From positions 7,130,001 to 7,194,000 of the forward strand of contig OX442314.1 of NCBI GenBank assembly GCA_949358305.1: a stretch of 64,000 nucleotides of DNA, given 5' to 3'. Below are positions 52,901 to 64,000 of this stretch, piece by piece. The first letter of the stretch is position 1. The number at the start of each line of letters is the position of its first letter. The translations under genes were made by a program, and so were the position numbers. This DNA comes from Strigamia acuminata (taxonomy: Eukaryota). Below the pieces are notes generated by a model. That model was given only the letters and a program-made list of their open reading frames with translations. It made no database searches and was not told where the DNA came from.

Positions 52901-54985
52901 GTGACGGTGACGACCACAACTCCTATCGCATGATAGTACCGGGTATAAGTCGCGTGAAATAGTGAATAATACGAGATAAAATAAAGACAACAAGTTTCTC
53001 AAAACACTACATTTATTGTTGTCAAACAATAGAATCAAATCTAAAAGTTATACAAATTCTAATGCCGACATTTGGCAAGTTAAGTACAAGTTAAACTATA
53101 CATGAATTGGCTGTAAAACAGCCCTAAAATAATATGATTACGGTTATTGGTGATCCGGGGTTCGGGAACGGCAAAAACGCCCGCTCGACCGAGTATAGAT
53201 GTCATCAGATAGCCGGGCTGGCTGTGTCCTCGCGGCTTCCGTCGGCGCTTCGTAATCGTGGAACTGGTTCCTTCGCGTTCCTGGTTCGTATCGTGTAATG
53301 GTCCGTGTAATGCTGTCTGGCTCGATCCGAGAGGTGCGGTTGACTTTTAACTGCACCGCCACAACTAGGGTTGGAAATTGGTAATGAATAAATGAAGTCA
53401 TTTATTCTTCAAGGTTCCACTTCTGAATTATAATTAATTCGGGATGTTGTGAGTTTAATAAATTAACTCAATAAATTGTATTCAATTTATTGTTACGAAT
53501 TTGATTCGTCATATGGTGAAACAAGTCTCGTGACTTGCTTCGATTGTTAACTTGTTGCCAAGTTTAAACAATTAATGTTTATTATCAACTACAAAATAAA
53601 TTAGGGTTAAAACATCGCAACACACAATTGCCGTCAAAGTTCGCCTTGCTGAGCAGAACAGTATCGCGCGTGCCCTAAATAACAGTGCGGTGAGAGACGG
53701 CACTGGTATTCAGGGGGATATAGCCCGCAGTTCTGCACAACAGAATTAATCACCCGAGATACTACTCATAAGTAGACTGCTTTGGCACCATCACCGAAGA
53801 GATATAACATTCCCAAACACATAGTGCTACTGGCGGTAACTGCATGTTTTGCATGCAGACTGCTTTGGCACCATCAGGTGATGGAGTCAATCTCTTGCAG
53901 TAACAGTGCTACTGACGGTTACTAAATACTTTGGTATCACACGTGATTCTATTGTCCGACCACGAGGATACTTATGCGGGAGGCTTTCTCCTCGGCAAGA
54001 CCGTTTGACGGAAACATGAATAGTCCGAACTTCGCCTTCAGTTGACGGGGGTTGCATGGCTCAGCAGAGCCATGCTATGCATGGTCCGGTAGGACCATGC
54101 CCTGAGTAAGAAACAGTTATTTGACATGCGGAACATACCAAATAACCAGAAATCAAGAACTAACTAACTTCCTGTTGTCAGGGAGTTTTATACATGGTGG
54201 GATTAAGTTCCACCAATCTCGTATCGCAGGAAGTGGATACGGAGATGCGAATTGGGATTATGCTAATCTTTTAGCATAAACCGGAACTGGATACCGGGGA
54301 CAGGAAATGGATACACAGAACGGAAATACATTCGAAACCGTGTTTCTCGTCATGTATCGGTGATAAAACAGTAACACCTATTTTATCTTATTAAGTATTG
54401 ATAATATATCTTTATATTATCGATGTGAATCACATTTGGTCGTATCAAACATAATAATATGTTTGTGAACTATTTATTGAAAAATAGTAAGTTTGAGGTT
54501 GAATTTGCCGCTAGTACCAGTGGCGCCATCTATTGCTAATTTGTCACAACGTACGCGTCCATTGATTCCGAACTCTCTTGCGATTTCTGGCGGAATAATA
54601 TGGTGGGAACATCAAGCATTTCCTGTATTGCAGAAATTAACATTCTCAAATGAAATTGGGAACCCAATCTCTTTCATCGTGATTTCGGTGCTTGTTTTAT
54701 GTTTTTTCTAATTTTGCTTGAGGACATGAAGATCTTAAAAACTCGTTTGCTCATTAAAATGTTGATGTATTTTACGAAGCTGAAGTTGGTATCACGTTCA
54801 CATTCGCCCAAACTACAGATAGAATAAATCCCAATATTTATTTTATCACAGATTTCAATGGTTTTTAGACCAAATGTTAGAAGACTTTCTCCTTAACAAA
54901 CCGTGAAAAGCACAAGTCTCTACATCTCCTAGTTTTCGAGCAGCAAGCATTTGAATAAGGCACAAAAAAGACTTGTACTAAATTT

Positions 54986-55747
54986 AGTTTCTGAGAAAAG
55001 ATTTTTTTTGTGAAGTGACATCAAAAAAGTAAGGGGCAAAATTAAGTTTACATACCCATTATCCACAAACAATTAGCCATTCCGATTATAAAATATGCGG
55101 CAAATATTAAAATTTATCCATAAACACATGTGTAGTCACTCATACACTTCATTAAAACATCCAAACCACAAGCAATCCCATTGTGAAACACTGAGCAATT
55201 GCCTTGACTTCGCTTGACTTTATGCTTAGAATCATTTTTCTGCTGAAATATCCATGTCAAAGGCAGTTTATCATCTGCAAATGGAAGCATAACAGTCCTC
55301 CAATACTTTTTTATAAGTATATTTGTCAATGATACCCTTAATTTAATGTTGTGGACCGATATTCATATGGAAAAACCATCCCAATAGTAAAATGGCTTGG
55401 GGATGGTTTCCTGTATGGGTATCGGTCCACAACATTAAATTAAGGGTATCATTGACAAATACACTTATAAAAAAGTATTGGAGGACTGTTATAATGGGAA
55501 TGGCTAATTGTTTGTGGATAATGGGTATGTAAACTTAATTTTGCCCCTTAATTTTTGATGTCACTTCACAAAAAATTTTTTTTCTTAGAAACTAATGGAT
55601 AGATTTTGATAAAATTTTAGGGGAATAAAGTAGGATGTTATACAAGCATCCAGTTAAAATTTCATTAATTTTCCTCTATTTTTTCCGGAGATACAGCTGG
55701 GAGAATCAACGTGATGCGTTTGTAAACTTACTTTTGCCCCCCACTGT
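54986..55747. mobile_element. Tc1-family transposon remnant arranged as a fold-back inverted duplication
   Basis: Degenerate transposase text (WG...GIGP...IKGIIDKYTYKKVLED; VMLPFADDKLPLTWIFQQKNDSKH); Tc1-type end cttttgccccccactg-TA at about 55730-55747; inverted arms centred near 55390. Confidence 0.8.
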
Positions 55748-55804
55748 ACATTATCTTAGCAAGTTGACCATGGAGCGAGTTTATTTAATATTAATTAAAA
55801 TTAA

Positions 55805-56425
55805 CAACCCCGAACGACCCCTAAACGACCCTCAAACAATCTCCAAACGACCCCCAAACGATTCCCAAACAATCCCCAAGCGATCCACAAGCGATCTCCA
55901 AACTACCTCCAAACAAACGACCCCCAAACAATCCCCATATGACCTCCAAACAAACGACTCGCAAACAACCCCCAAACGATCCCTAAACAACCCAGAAACA
56001 ACCCCAAAACGATCCCCAAACACCTTCCAAACAACCTCCAACCAAACGACCCCAAACGATCCCCAACCGATCCCCAAACTATTCCCAAACGACTCCAAAC
56101 GACCTCAAGAAGATTCCCGAACGACCCCCGAACGACCCCCAAACGACCTCCAAATGACCTCCAAACAAACGACTCCCAAACGACCCCCAAACAAACGACC
56201 CCCAAACGACCCCCAAATGATCTCCAAACGACCTCCAAACGAACAAACTCCAAACAATCCCAAACAACCCCCAAATGACCCCCAAACAACCCCCAAACGA
56301 TCCATTATTGACCCCTAAACAACCACAAAACAATTTCCAAACGATCCCCAAATGACCTCCAAAAAACCTTAAAACAAACGAACCCCTAAACGACCCCCAA
56401 ACGATCCCTAAACGACTCCCAAACT
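55805..56425. repeat. Degenerate aaacgacccc(c) minisatellite, with an extra piece at 56855-56930
   Basis: Direct reading. Confidence 0.9.
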
Positions 56426-57803
56426 GTTGAGTTTTGATCGGACTTTGTGGTGTTTAATTGTTTATTATGTCGTTCTCGTGATTAATCATTTGCACATTTG
56501 CGGATAAGAGTAATTAGCTTGTTACGGTATCGCAATCGATTATCCACCTTTGATAACACGTGGCTTTGTCGTCTGCTCCAAAGAGCAATTATTGTTTACT
56601 CGCTTCATTTAGCTTATCGATTATTTGTGTCGGTTTATTCTTTATATTGTAAAGGATAAGTCAATATGATTAACTATTGATTTGTCCGGTTTTGATTGTA
56701 TTCTCAATCGAGGGCAACTAGCTTCGATACATGTCTCATATTCTTTTATGTTTTCACGAAAAAAAGATGGCGGTTGCCAAGTGCAGTCTTCCGCACCATT
56801 TTATCCAATTTTGGCGGTTTATTTCTTGATATCAGGTCGGGAAATGCTCTTTACAAACGACCCCCAAACGACTCCCAGACAACTCCCAAATGACTTACAA
56901 TCGACCTCCAAATGACCCCCAAACAATCCCCAAGGGATTTCCTAAGGGTCCCTCAAGGATCCCCCAAGACAATAACATTCAATCAACCAAATCGTAAACA
57001 CTTTGTAGCCATTGTCAAAATAGGAGGGGTATGGTATTTGAATGCTGGCATGTTTCCAGAATTTAAATAATTTAAAGAAGATATTATTCCAGAAAATTTT
57101 ATCATATATTATGTAACTTTAATTAATATTAAATGACCTCAAAAACCAAGAGGAGTATAGTGTTGTCCTTGTCAGAGTTTATAGAGGAGAAGGTCTTCTA
57201 TTGTTTGGTTTTTTTCAAAAAAAGAATCCATGGTCAGGTTGTTGAGATATTGGGGTTTGTAGTTGTGGCATTTTGTAGTTGTAGTTATGGATCTGACATT
57301 ATTGAAATTTAGACACGAGTGATTTATTATGCAAAATGTTTGGGTGCAAAGAATTAACATAACAAAAGTGAGTTTCGAACACTCTAAAGAACAGGCCGAT
57401 TTTTTGCCTACATTGACCCTATCAAGATTATGCTGCTCTTAAAAGCAGACTGCGTGCTCACCTTGTTTGCCTATGTAGGCCCGATAATAATGTAGACGAT
57501 GGCTCATTGTAGGGCCTGTTTACTCACTGTTTGCTGAGTTTGTTAACATAAAGAGAGTCAAAAGGATAAAAGGACAAAATTACAAAAATTATAAATATGA
57601 CATATGACATAAGAGTGACATAAAAGAGACGCAAAAATGACATAAACGAGACGTAAAAATGACATAAAAACGACATGAAAGTGACTTGAGAATGACATAA
57701 AAATAACATATAAATGACATAAAAAGACAATTTATTGTACAAACACACAACTCAAACCTAACTGCCATATGATTTGGTCATAATTCGTACCAGTATTTGT
57801 AAA

Positions 57804-58610
57804 TGTTTGGGGCAATCATTTGATCAGATTAACAAGAAGGAGGAGGTTTAATTCTTTTCCTTTACCAAAACGTACATAACAAAATAGTTGCTACAGCAAC
57901 CGTAAAAATACATAACAAAAGCCCAAACTAGTAACAATTATGTAACTGCTTTAGCGTTGAAAACTCTCCTACAAATTTCCCTTCTTTTTACCGCTGAAGT
58001 GCTCTTACAATCTTAACAAACATTTTTCCTCATCAAAACAAAACATTTTTTTTAAAGTATTCTTAAAGAAATGAACAAAATAAATTCAATTGTCTTGTCT
58101 TTCGTTCTTCTAGTAAATCCCAATTCCTTTGATGCATTTGTTCATGTTCGGCCCACTGAGCGGCTTAGTTAGTAGATCCGCCCACAGCTCCGTGTCCGCA
58201 ACGTGTTCGACCCGTATTCCGTCTGTTTCCACCTTATACTTTATCAGGTGGTACTTGCGGTTCAGGTACTTCGAACGAACTCGTTGAATACCGTCCTGCA
58301 ACATTTGCACTGCTGACTCGTTGTCGTTGTACAACGTCACTTCTTCGCTCATTTCCACCCCAATGTCCGAGTAAATTGACTTGACCCAAACGAGATCTTT
58401 AATGGCGTCGGCTATGGCGTCTAATTCGCTTTCGCAACTCGACTCTGCTACATTTCCCTGCTTTTTGCACCTCCAACTCAGTGGTGCGTCGCCATTCTGT
58501 ACGACGAATCCGGTGAACGATCTTGCTTTGCGCGTAGAATCCCAGCTGGCATCTGCGTATGACTGCAGTCGCGAAGCTCCTTTGGTGTAATGCAACTTGT
58601 AATCTTGTAA
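57804..58610 (-). mobile_element. Ty1/copia retrotransposon 3' remnant: RNase H, polypurine tract and short 3' LTR
   Basis: SYADASW, LSWRCKKQ, SSCESE, YNDNESA, WADLLTKPL (58110-58600); PPT aaaaagaagggaaa (57989-57976); LTR-like TGTAGG...CCAAACA (57973-57804). Confidence 0.88.
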
Positions 58611-59179
58611 ACAAATAAACAAATGCCAAAAAGGGAAATACAATAATTATAATAATAAATAAGTACCAGGAACTATGTCCTGGCAAAGAAAAGGCCAAAT
58701 ATGGATAAAAAATATCTCTTTGGTAATGTAAGCTTAATATCATAAATATTAATAAAAGGTAGAATTGTCATTAGCTCCAAAAAGGAGTCAAAATAGAAAC
58801 AAGATCTTCACACCTATGAGAGTGTAATGTTACACCTTTTAACACCTATTTTTCTCCAAACTTAGTGTAGGAGGCTCTCCTTCTGTGCTCACTCCTGTGG
58901 CCGGTACTGACATCAATACTTCCTTAGTTTTTGGACAATCTGACATATTGTTTGCCTGCCACAAAGACACAAACTGATATTTCCTTTTTGACTTTAAACT
59001 TTGTTTGCAGTTCTGACATGTGATTATAGTAAACTGCTCGGTCCAATTAGCTTTTGTGGGCAATTCTGGAACAAAAATCCACGCCTAAACTGAGAAGTAA
59101 TTGTAGTAAACGTATCATTTCCTGCACAGTCCAATTAACTTTTGCGGGAAATTCTGGAACAAAAATCTACGCCCAAACT

Positions 59180-59435
59180 GACGCCATTTTCGGGGATTGG
59201 ATTCGTGATTCGACGGGTCCGGTGTCTGGGTTGTTTAGGAAATGTGGTTCGAACGATCCATCATTTGTGCCACATGGCTTATAAAACCCGGTAATAAAGC
59301 GACTTCATCTTTCCTTGTTGTTGCTGCTGCGCTGATGTCATATCGGCGATGCGTTTTGATTGGTCTGCACGAAAATCACCTACGACACACGATTTTTCTT
59401 ACAAAGTTATCCCAATTAATTTAAAAATTATTATT
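59180..59435. promoter_or_regulatory. Duplicated GNPAT promoter, 5' UTR and start codon
   Basis: Near-identical to 36769-37025, including the GNPAT ATG GCG TC on the minus strand, which here stops after 6 codons. Confidence 0.9.
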
Positions 59436-59676
59436 TGTCTTTTTATTGTTTCTCACTTAGCACTGCCATGACAACTAACAACAAACAAAGGTAGGTGTTC
59501 TAACTGTTTGTTTACTTACTAAAATATAACACTATCTCTTCTTTTTGTACACAATCCGTGACTTTTAACCGAAGAAATAGGGTAAATCAGGATGCTGAAA
59601 GATATTAAGAGGTTGCAAATAAGAGTGGTAAAGTAATAAATGTTTTTTTTTTTCGACAGGGGCATTATTTTGAAAA

Positions 59677-60932
59677 ATGAGGAGAAAATTGCAAAGATGT
59701 GTAAAATGCAGCCAAGTGTTACTTCTAGGACTCACGATATCACTTTTAACTATGTTTATTCTCTTCAGTATATCAACCAATCGGTATGAACAAAACAGTA
59801 ACTCCAAACAACCCATTTCTCCAATCAGAATTCAGAAAGCCCTGCCAAGGACATTCAAGTTCATACATCTATCGGAAAGCAATTTCTCCTTGTGGACAGT
59901 CATACCAAACAATGTTGTAGTTCATCTGGGAACTCATCCGAACCCGCACAACTTCATTTACATCTTGAATAACCCGGCCATATGTGAAACCTTTGACAAA
60001 ACCCGCATCCGGCTGTTGATTTTCATCAATTCGCATACTGATCACTACAACCGACGCAAACAGACCAGAAATACTTGGGGTGTGCGCATGCTACAAACCG
60101 CGCTTAACTTTCGCATTTTATTCCTGCTCGGCCAACCACCAATAAATCGCACCCAGGACCTCATCGAACAGGAGTATTTTCTTTATGGAGACATCTTGCA
60201 GGATCTGGATAGGTTGGACCACGGGGTATGGAAAACATTTAACAACGTCACTGGCCACCGGAAACTCCAGGTATTCTGCCGGGCCATTCCAGCACTGAGC
60301 GCCATTAATGTCATTAAAATCATTTTATTTTTAATTATAATATTATCACAAAGAAAATTCATTGAGATAATTTTTTTTTAGGTTTAAAATCAGTGATGGG
60401 ATTGAAATGGTCCTCGAAGTATTGCCGCCATGCCGATTACATTATGAAGACAGACGACGACATTTTTGTTCACGTACCAAATGTTCTCAAAATATTGTCT
60501 TTCCAAAACCGGCAGTCCATTCTCATGTGCCAAATAAATAGAGTCCAGAAGATCATCCGAAAGCATTCAGTGTTAAAAAGATACGAAGTCCGGTCCAAAG
60601 ATCTACCTGGAATCTACTTCCCGGAGTATTGCGCTGGTTTTGGTTACGTCATGTCTTTGGATACAGTCGACAAATTATACGAGGCTTCCTTAAGAACTCC
60701 GTATTTTTTCATCGAAGATGTGTTCATCACCGGGTTTTGCAGATACAAGACAAACATACAAATAATTCACCATTCCGCCGTAACTCTACATCCTCGTCTA
60801 ACTCCCACACAGGCCAGTTGTGCGTTTGCTGACGGACGTATTACTTCGAACCAATTAAAACACAATGAATTAGCAATATTTTGGGAGCAATTAAACACTC
60901 GAGGATTCTTTTGTCCACAACCAATTAGATGA
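59677..60932 (+). pseudogene. GT31 copy 5, lacking the exon-1 3' end and splice donor
   Basis: Deletion at about 60203 fuses ...GDILQ to MITE sequence, removing EDFPDTxxNL and the GT donor; the frame stops at 60381. Exon 2 (60382-60932) is intact. Confidence 0.8.
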
Positions 60933-61959
60933 TTTTTCAAATTAAAAACCAAAAATTTTGATAGTACATATACAATATTTGTGGTTGTGTGCACTTTTAT
61001 TGATGAATGTTGGAAATAAATTATTTCTTTCTGGTATGCCGTGCTTATTGACAATTGAATTGATGCCCACCAGTGGTATCATTGGTGTAATGGCCCAAAA
61101 AAGTGGCCCTTAACACCAGAATTGTTATCTAACTATGCAAAACAACCAATAAAAAACTAAACCTTTGTTTATCTGCAAAAGAAACCAACAAACTATGCTA
61201 ACATTGTTTGATTGATTAAAAGGTGAAAAAGCTTATTTTAGCAAATGAAATAAATTTTTTATAACCAAATAAATAAAATTCATCGTTCTAATTTTTTTTT
61301 ACACTAAAATTCATTGATAATACACAGAACTACTTTTCCGCGTAGTAGAGCACAGTCCACAGTTAGGCGTAATCCGGCTCAACCAATTCGGAAATAGGAC
61401 AACGTTGTATTGGGACAGAGCATAGAAACCTGGTAGACAAGACAGTACACATTTAAATGTTGTCAGTAGAGCACCCTGTGTCTATTGAGGAATTTATTCA
61501 GTGGCTAAGGATTGGACTCAAATGCCTTTTCCCTTTCTGATGTTGCAATGACTTTCCAACACTGAATGCAACCCTTTCCAAACGACTTTTCATAGCATGA
61601 TATATTAAATTTCCAAACAGTTAAACACATATTTCTCAACCAGTAAAGTTAAGATTTTCAAATGTAAAATATGAGTTTCCCATCAGTAAATAACAACTTT
61701 CCAAAGAAAAATTTGATATTTCTTTTTTAATAAAAATTCTAAATAAGTTAAATCTCAAAATCAATCTCAGAAAAATAAATTCCTAGAAATTTCCATAAAA
61801 ATTCAAAACATTCTGAAAATATGCAGAGGATTCATTCCTGAATCGTAAATTCATTTCTGAATCCTGAATCCTGAATCCTGTATTTGTTTCTATATCCTGA
61901 ATCCTGAATCCTGACCCCTAGATAACAGATTAAAGGCTAACAACCAACAATCCGGAGTC

Positions 61960-62968
61960 CCTGTCATCAATATTTATGTGAGGTCACGTTCCATCCATGG
62001 TATGCAGTCCTCAGGTTGCCATGGAGAAGACTGCCTCTTTACAGCGTAAAAAACGACCTCGTCTTTGCGCTATTTTAACCACCTCTTCAAATGACAACTT
62101 CGAAAGATCGATTTTGGTTTGCGGAGTAGACACTACGGTGTTTGGCGACGAACGGACAGGCGACATTCCATGTGAGACACAATGTTTTTCTAGATTCGAC
62201 GTTTGCATCCAAATATCCTGACTTGTAAATTCCTGCGGGCTCGTCTCATAGTTCGAACTGGACGGCGATCTTGATCTTGCGCCATGTCTACTCTTCGTGT
62301 TCTAACTCTGCGCCCTCCGCCATTTTCCCTTGTAAGTTCCTTAACTTGTGGCATTGTTAGTCAAAAAGATAGATAAGAAAGAAACAGACCGTCTAATGCT
62401 AACAAAACAAAATGGAGGTTTGCAATTTTCGCAAAAATTGTTCAGGTTCAAATACTAAAGCCAGGCCCCCAAGTGTCGTGACCCTGTATTTTAATTAATC
62501 TAACTGAATATTAAAAGAACTAACAGTCACGGTGGGTTGCCGCGACAGGACTTACTAATACTAAAATAACTCTAATAATCTTCAACTAACTAATGAAAGA
62601 TGGTGGAAATTCAATAAGAACAATTGAATTTCTCAAAATAATACAATGATTTATTCTGACTGGAAATACAGCAGTATTAAAATTGTTTTACTTAAATAAG
62701 TATGATATAATAAAATAAAATAAACTTAAAACTAATATTAGTGAAAAGAAAAGACAAATGAAATCTCTTTTTTGATTTTTCTTCTAACTTCCACAGGAAG
62801 CACATCCTGCCTGGCTTAGGGGACGCAGGCTCATTGCCCTGCAAAGGCTCTTTCTTTACACAAATCTATTTTTTTATGCTATACAAAATAGGACAAAAGT
62901 ATTTCTGATAAGAAAAAAAAAACCATCAAATAATAATTTAACCCTTCGGTGACTACTGGGTCACCGCA
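61960..62968 (-). mobile_element. Gypsy-like LTR retrotransposon 5' remnant (LTR, PBS, decayed gag)
   Basis: LTR 62968-62474 with inverted ends (tgtcgtgaccc / gggtcaccgca), followed on the minus strand by TGGGGGCC (partial tRNA-Pro-type PBS) and a decayed knuckle-like RRGRFLRCKE. Confidence 0.5.
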
Positions 62969-64000
62969 ATACTGGGTGAACCAAAAGTCTGTTCTCCTCA
63001 AATATTTCTTCAGCAATTGCATCTAGGCCAACTTTGATGAAGCGATCGTATAGGAAGTTGGGTGAGAGCAATCCAATAATGTCATCAAATTTGACCTTGA
63101 AGGCCATTTTCAAGGTCATTCACTTGCTAACTTCTAAACCAATCAGGTTAGAGCAAAAAGTCAATTACAAAGTTGTAGAGCACCATCAAATTAGTACTAT
63201 CCAACTTATCTTAAACAATGCTTTATTCTCATGATATAAACCTGTAAATAAATTTTCAGGTAAAAATTTTGCAACTAAGAAACTTGTAGTGGTCTCAAAC
63301 TTTTTTCCACCACTGTATATCCTTGGCACGTGCAACGCAAACTTTTTATAAACATTTATAATTTTTATTATAACTTTTTTACAATTTTTTTAATATAATT
63401 TTTTTGCAATTTTTTTTATTATAATTTTTTTACAATCTTTTTTATTATAACTTTTTCACAATTTTTTTATTAAAATTTTTTTAAAATTTTTTTTATTGTA
63501 ACTTTTTCACAATTTTTTTTTTATATATTTTTTACAATTTTTTTTATATTTTCTTTATAATTTTAAGTTTTTCCAACCTCTATTAGCACATACGAATAAT
63601 TTCTGTTTTGTTTGAATTTTTTATTCTCACGTGAAAATGCATTTACGATAAATATTTTTTAAATAAAAAGAAAAATAAAGATAAAATAAAATAAATGCAT
63701 TTTCAAGTGCTAAAAAAATTATTCACAAAAAAAATAATATTTTTAAATAAAAAAATCTATGTTATGACAAAGTGTATGAAATTGCATGAGAAATTACGAA
63801 AAAATGAAGAAACATTTGAAAATTTTTGAAACAATTTTGAGAAAAATTGAAAAGCTTAAAATTATAAAAAAAACTTATAATAATAATTATAAAATTTTAC
63901 CCTCGAATCAAATATATTTTTAATGTATTTTTTTTATTGCTATTTCATATTTATTCTGATAATCAACAGTCAATAAATGCTAATTAATTAAAATATTAAA

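Noticed and set aside
55635..56351. Pro/Thr-rich 227-aa ORF and its antisense ORFs
   Set aside because: Products of the aaacgacccc minisatellite.
58110..58643. Domesticated stand-alone RNase H gene
   Set aside because: It is followed by a PPT and LTR like an ordinary copia 3' end, and I found no in-frame upstream start exon.
60204..60381. Cryptic donor rescuing GT31 copy 5
   Set aside because: The obvious GT sites (gttgga, gtatgg, gtattc) are in phase 2 or 0 rather than the required phase 1, and the conserved DTxxNL motif is deleted.
38607..61054. Recurrent antisense ORFs over the GT31 exons
   Set aside because: They recur only because the sense genes are duplicated.

Overview
AT-rich, intron-containing animal genomic DNA, probably from an invertebrate (arthropod-like; the taxon cannot be fixed from sequence alone). 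I rebuilt exon chains by hand from GT-AG junctions and reading-frame phase. From left to right the window holds: two tandem minus-strand serine palmitoyltransferase LCB2 (SPTLC2/3-like) paralogues, the first cut by the window edge and the second complete at about 540 aa; a plus-strand reticulon with three alternative first exons; a minus-strand peroxisomal GNPAT (about 691 aa, ending in AKL) with a 2.3-kb satellite in one intron and an apparently false 200-N gap in one exon; and a tandem array of five GT31 (beta-1,3-glycosyltransferase-type) genes, three intact and two broken by deletions that end in an intronic MITE. Between genes are hAT, Kolobok and pogo-type MITEs, Tc1, copia and Gypsy remnants, a 5S rRNA-derived fragment and many intronic minisatellites. 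The most notable signals are the replacement of the conserved PATP loop by PACH in the complete LCB2 paralogue, active-site diversification in the GT31 array, and the grouping of genes linked to membrane or sphingolipid biology. No CRISPR array or prokaryotic system is present.
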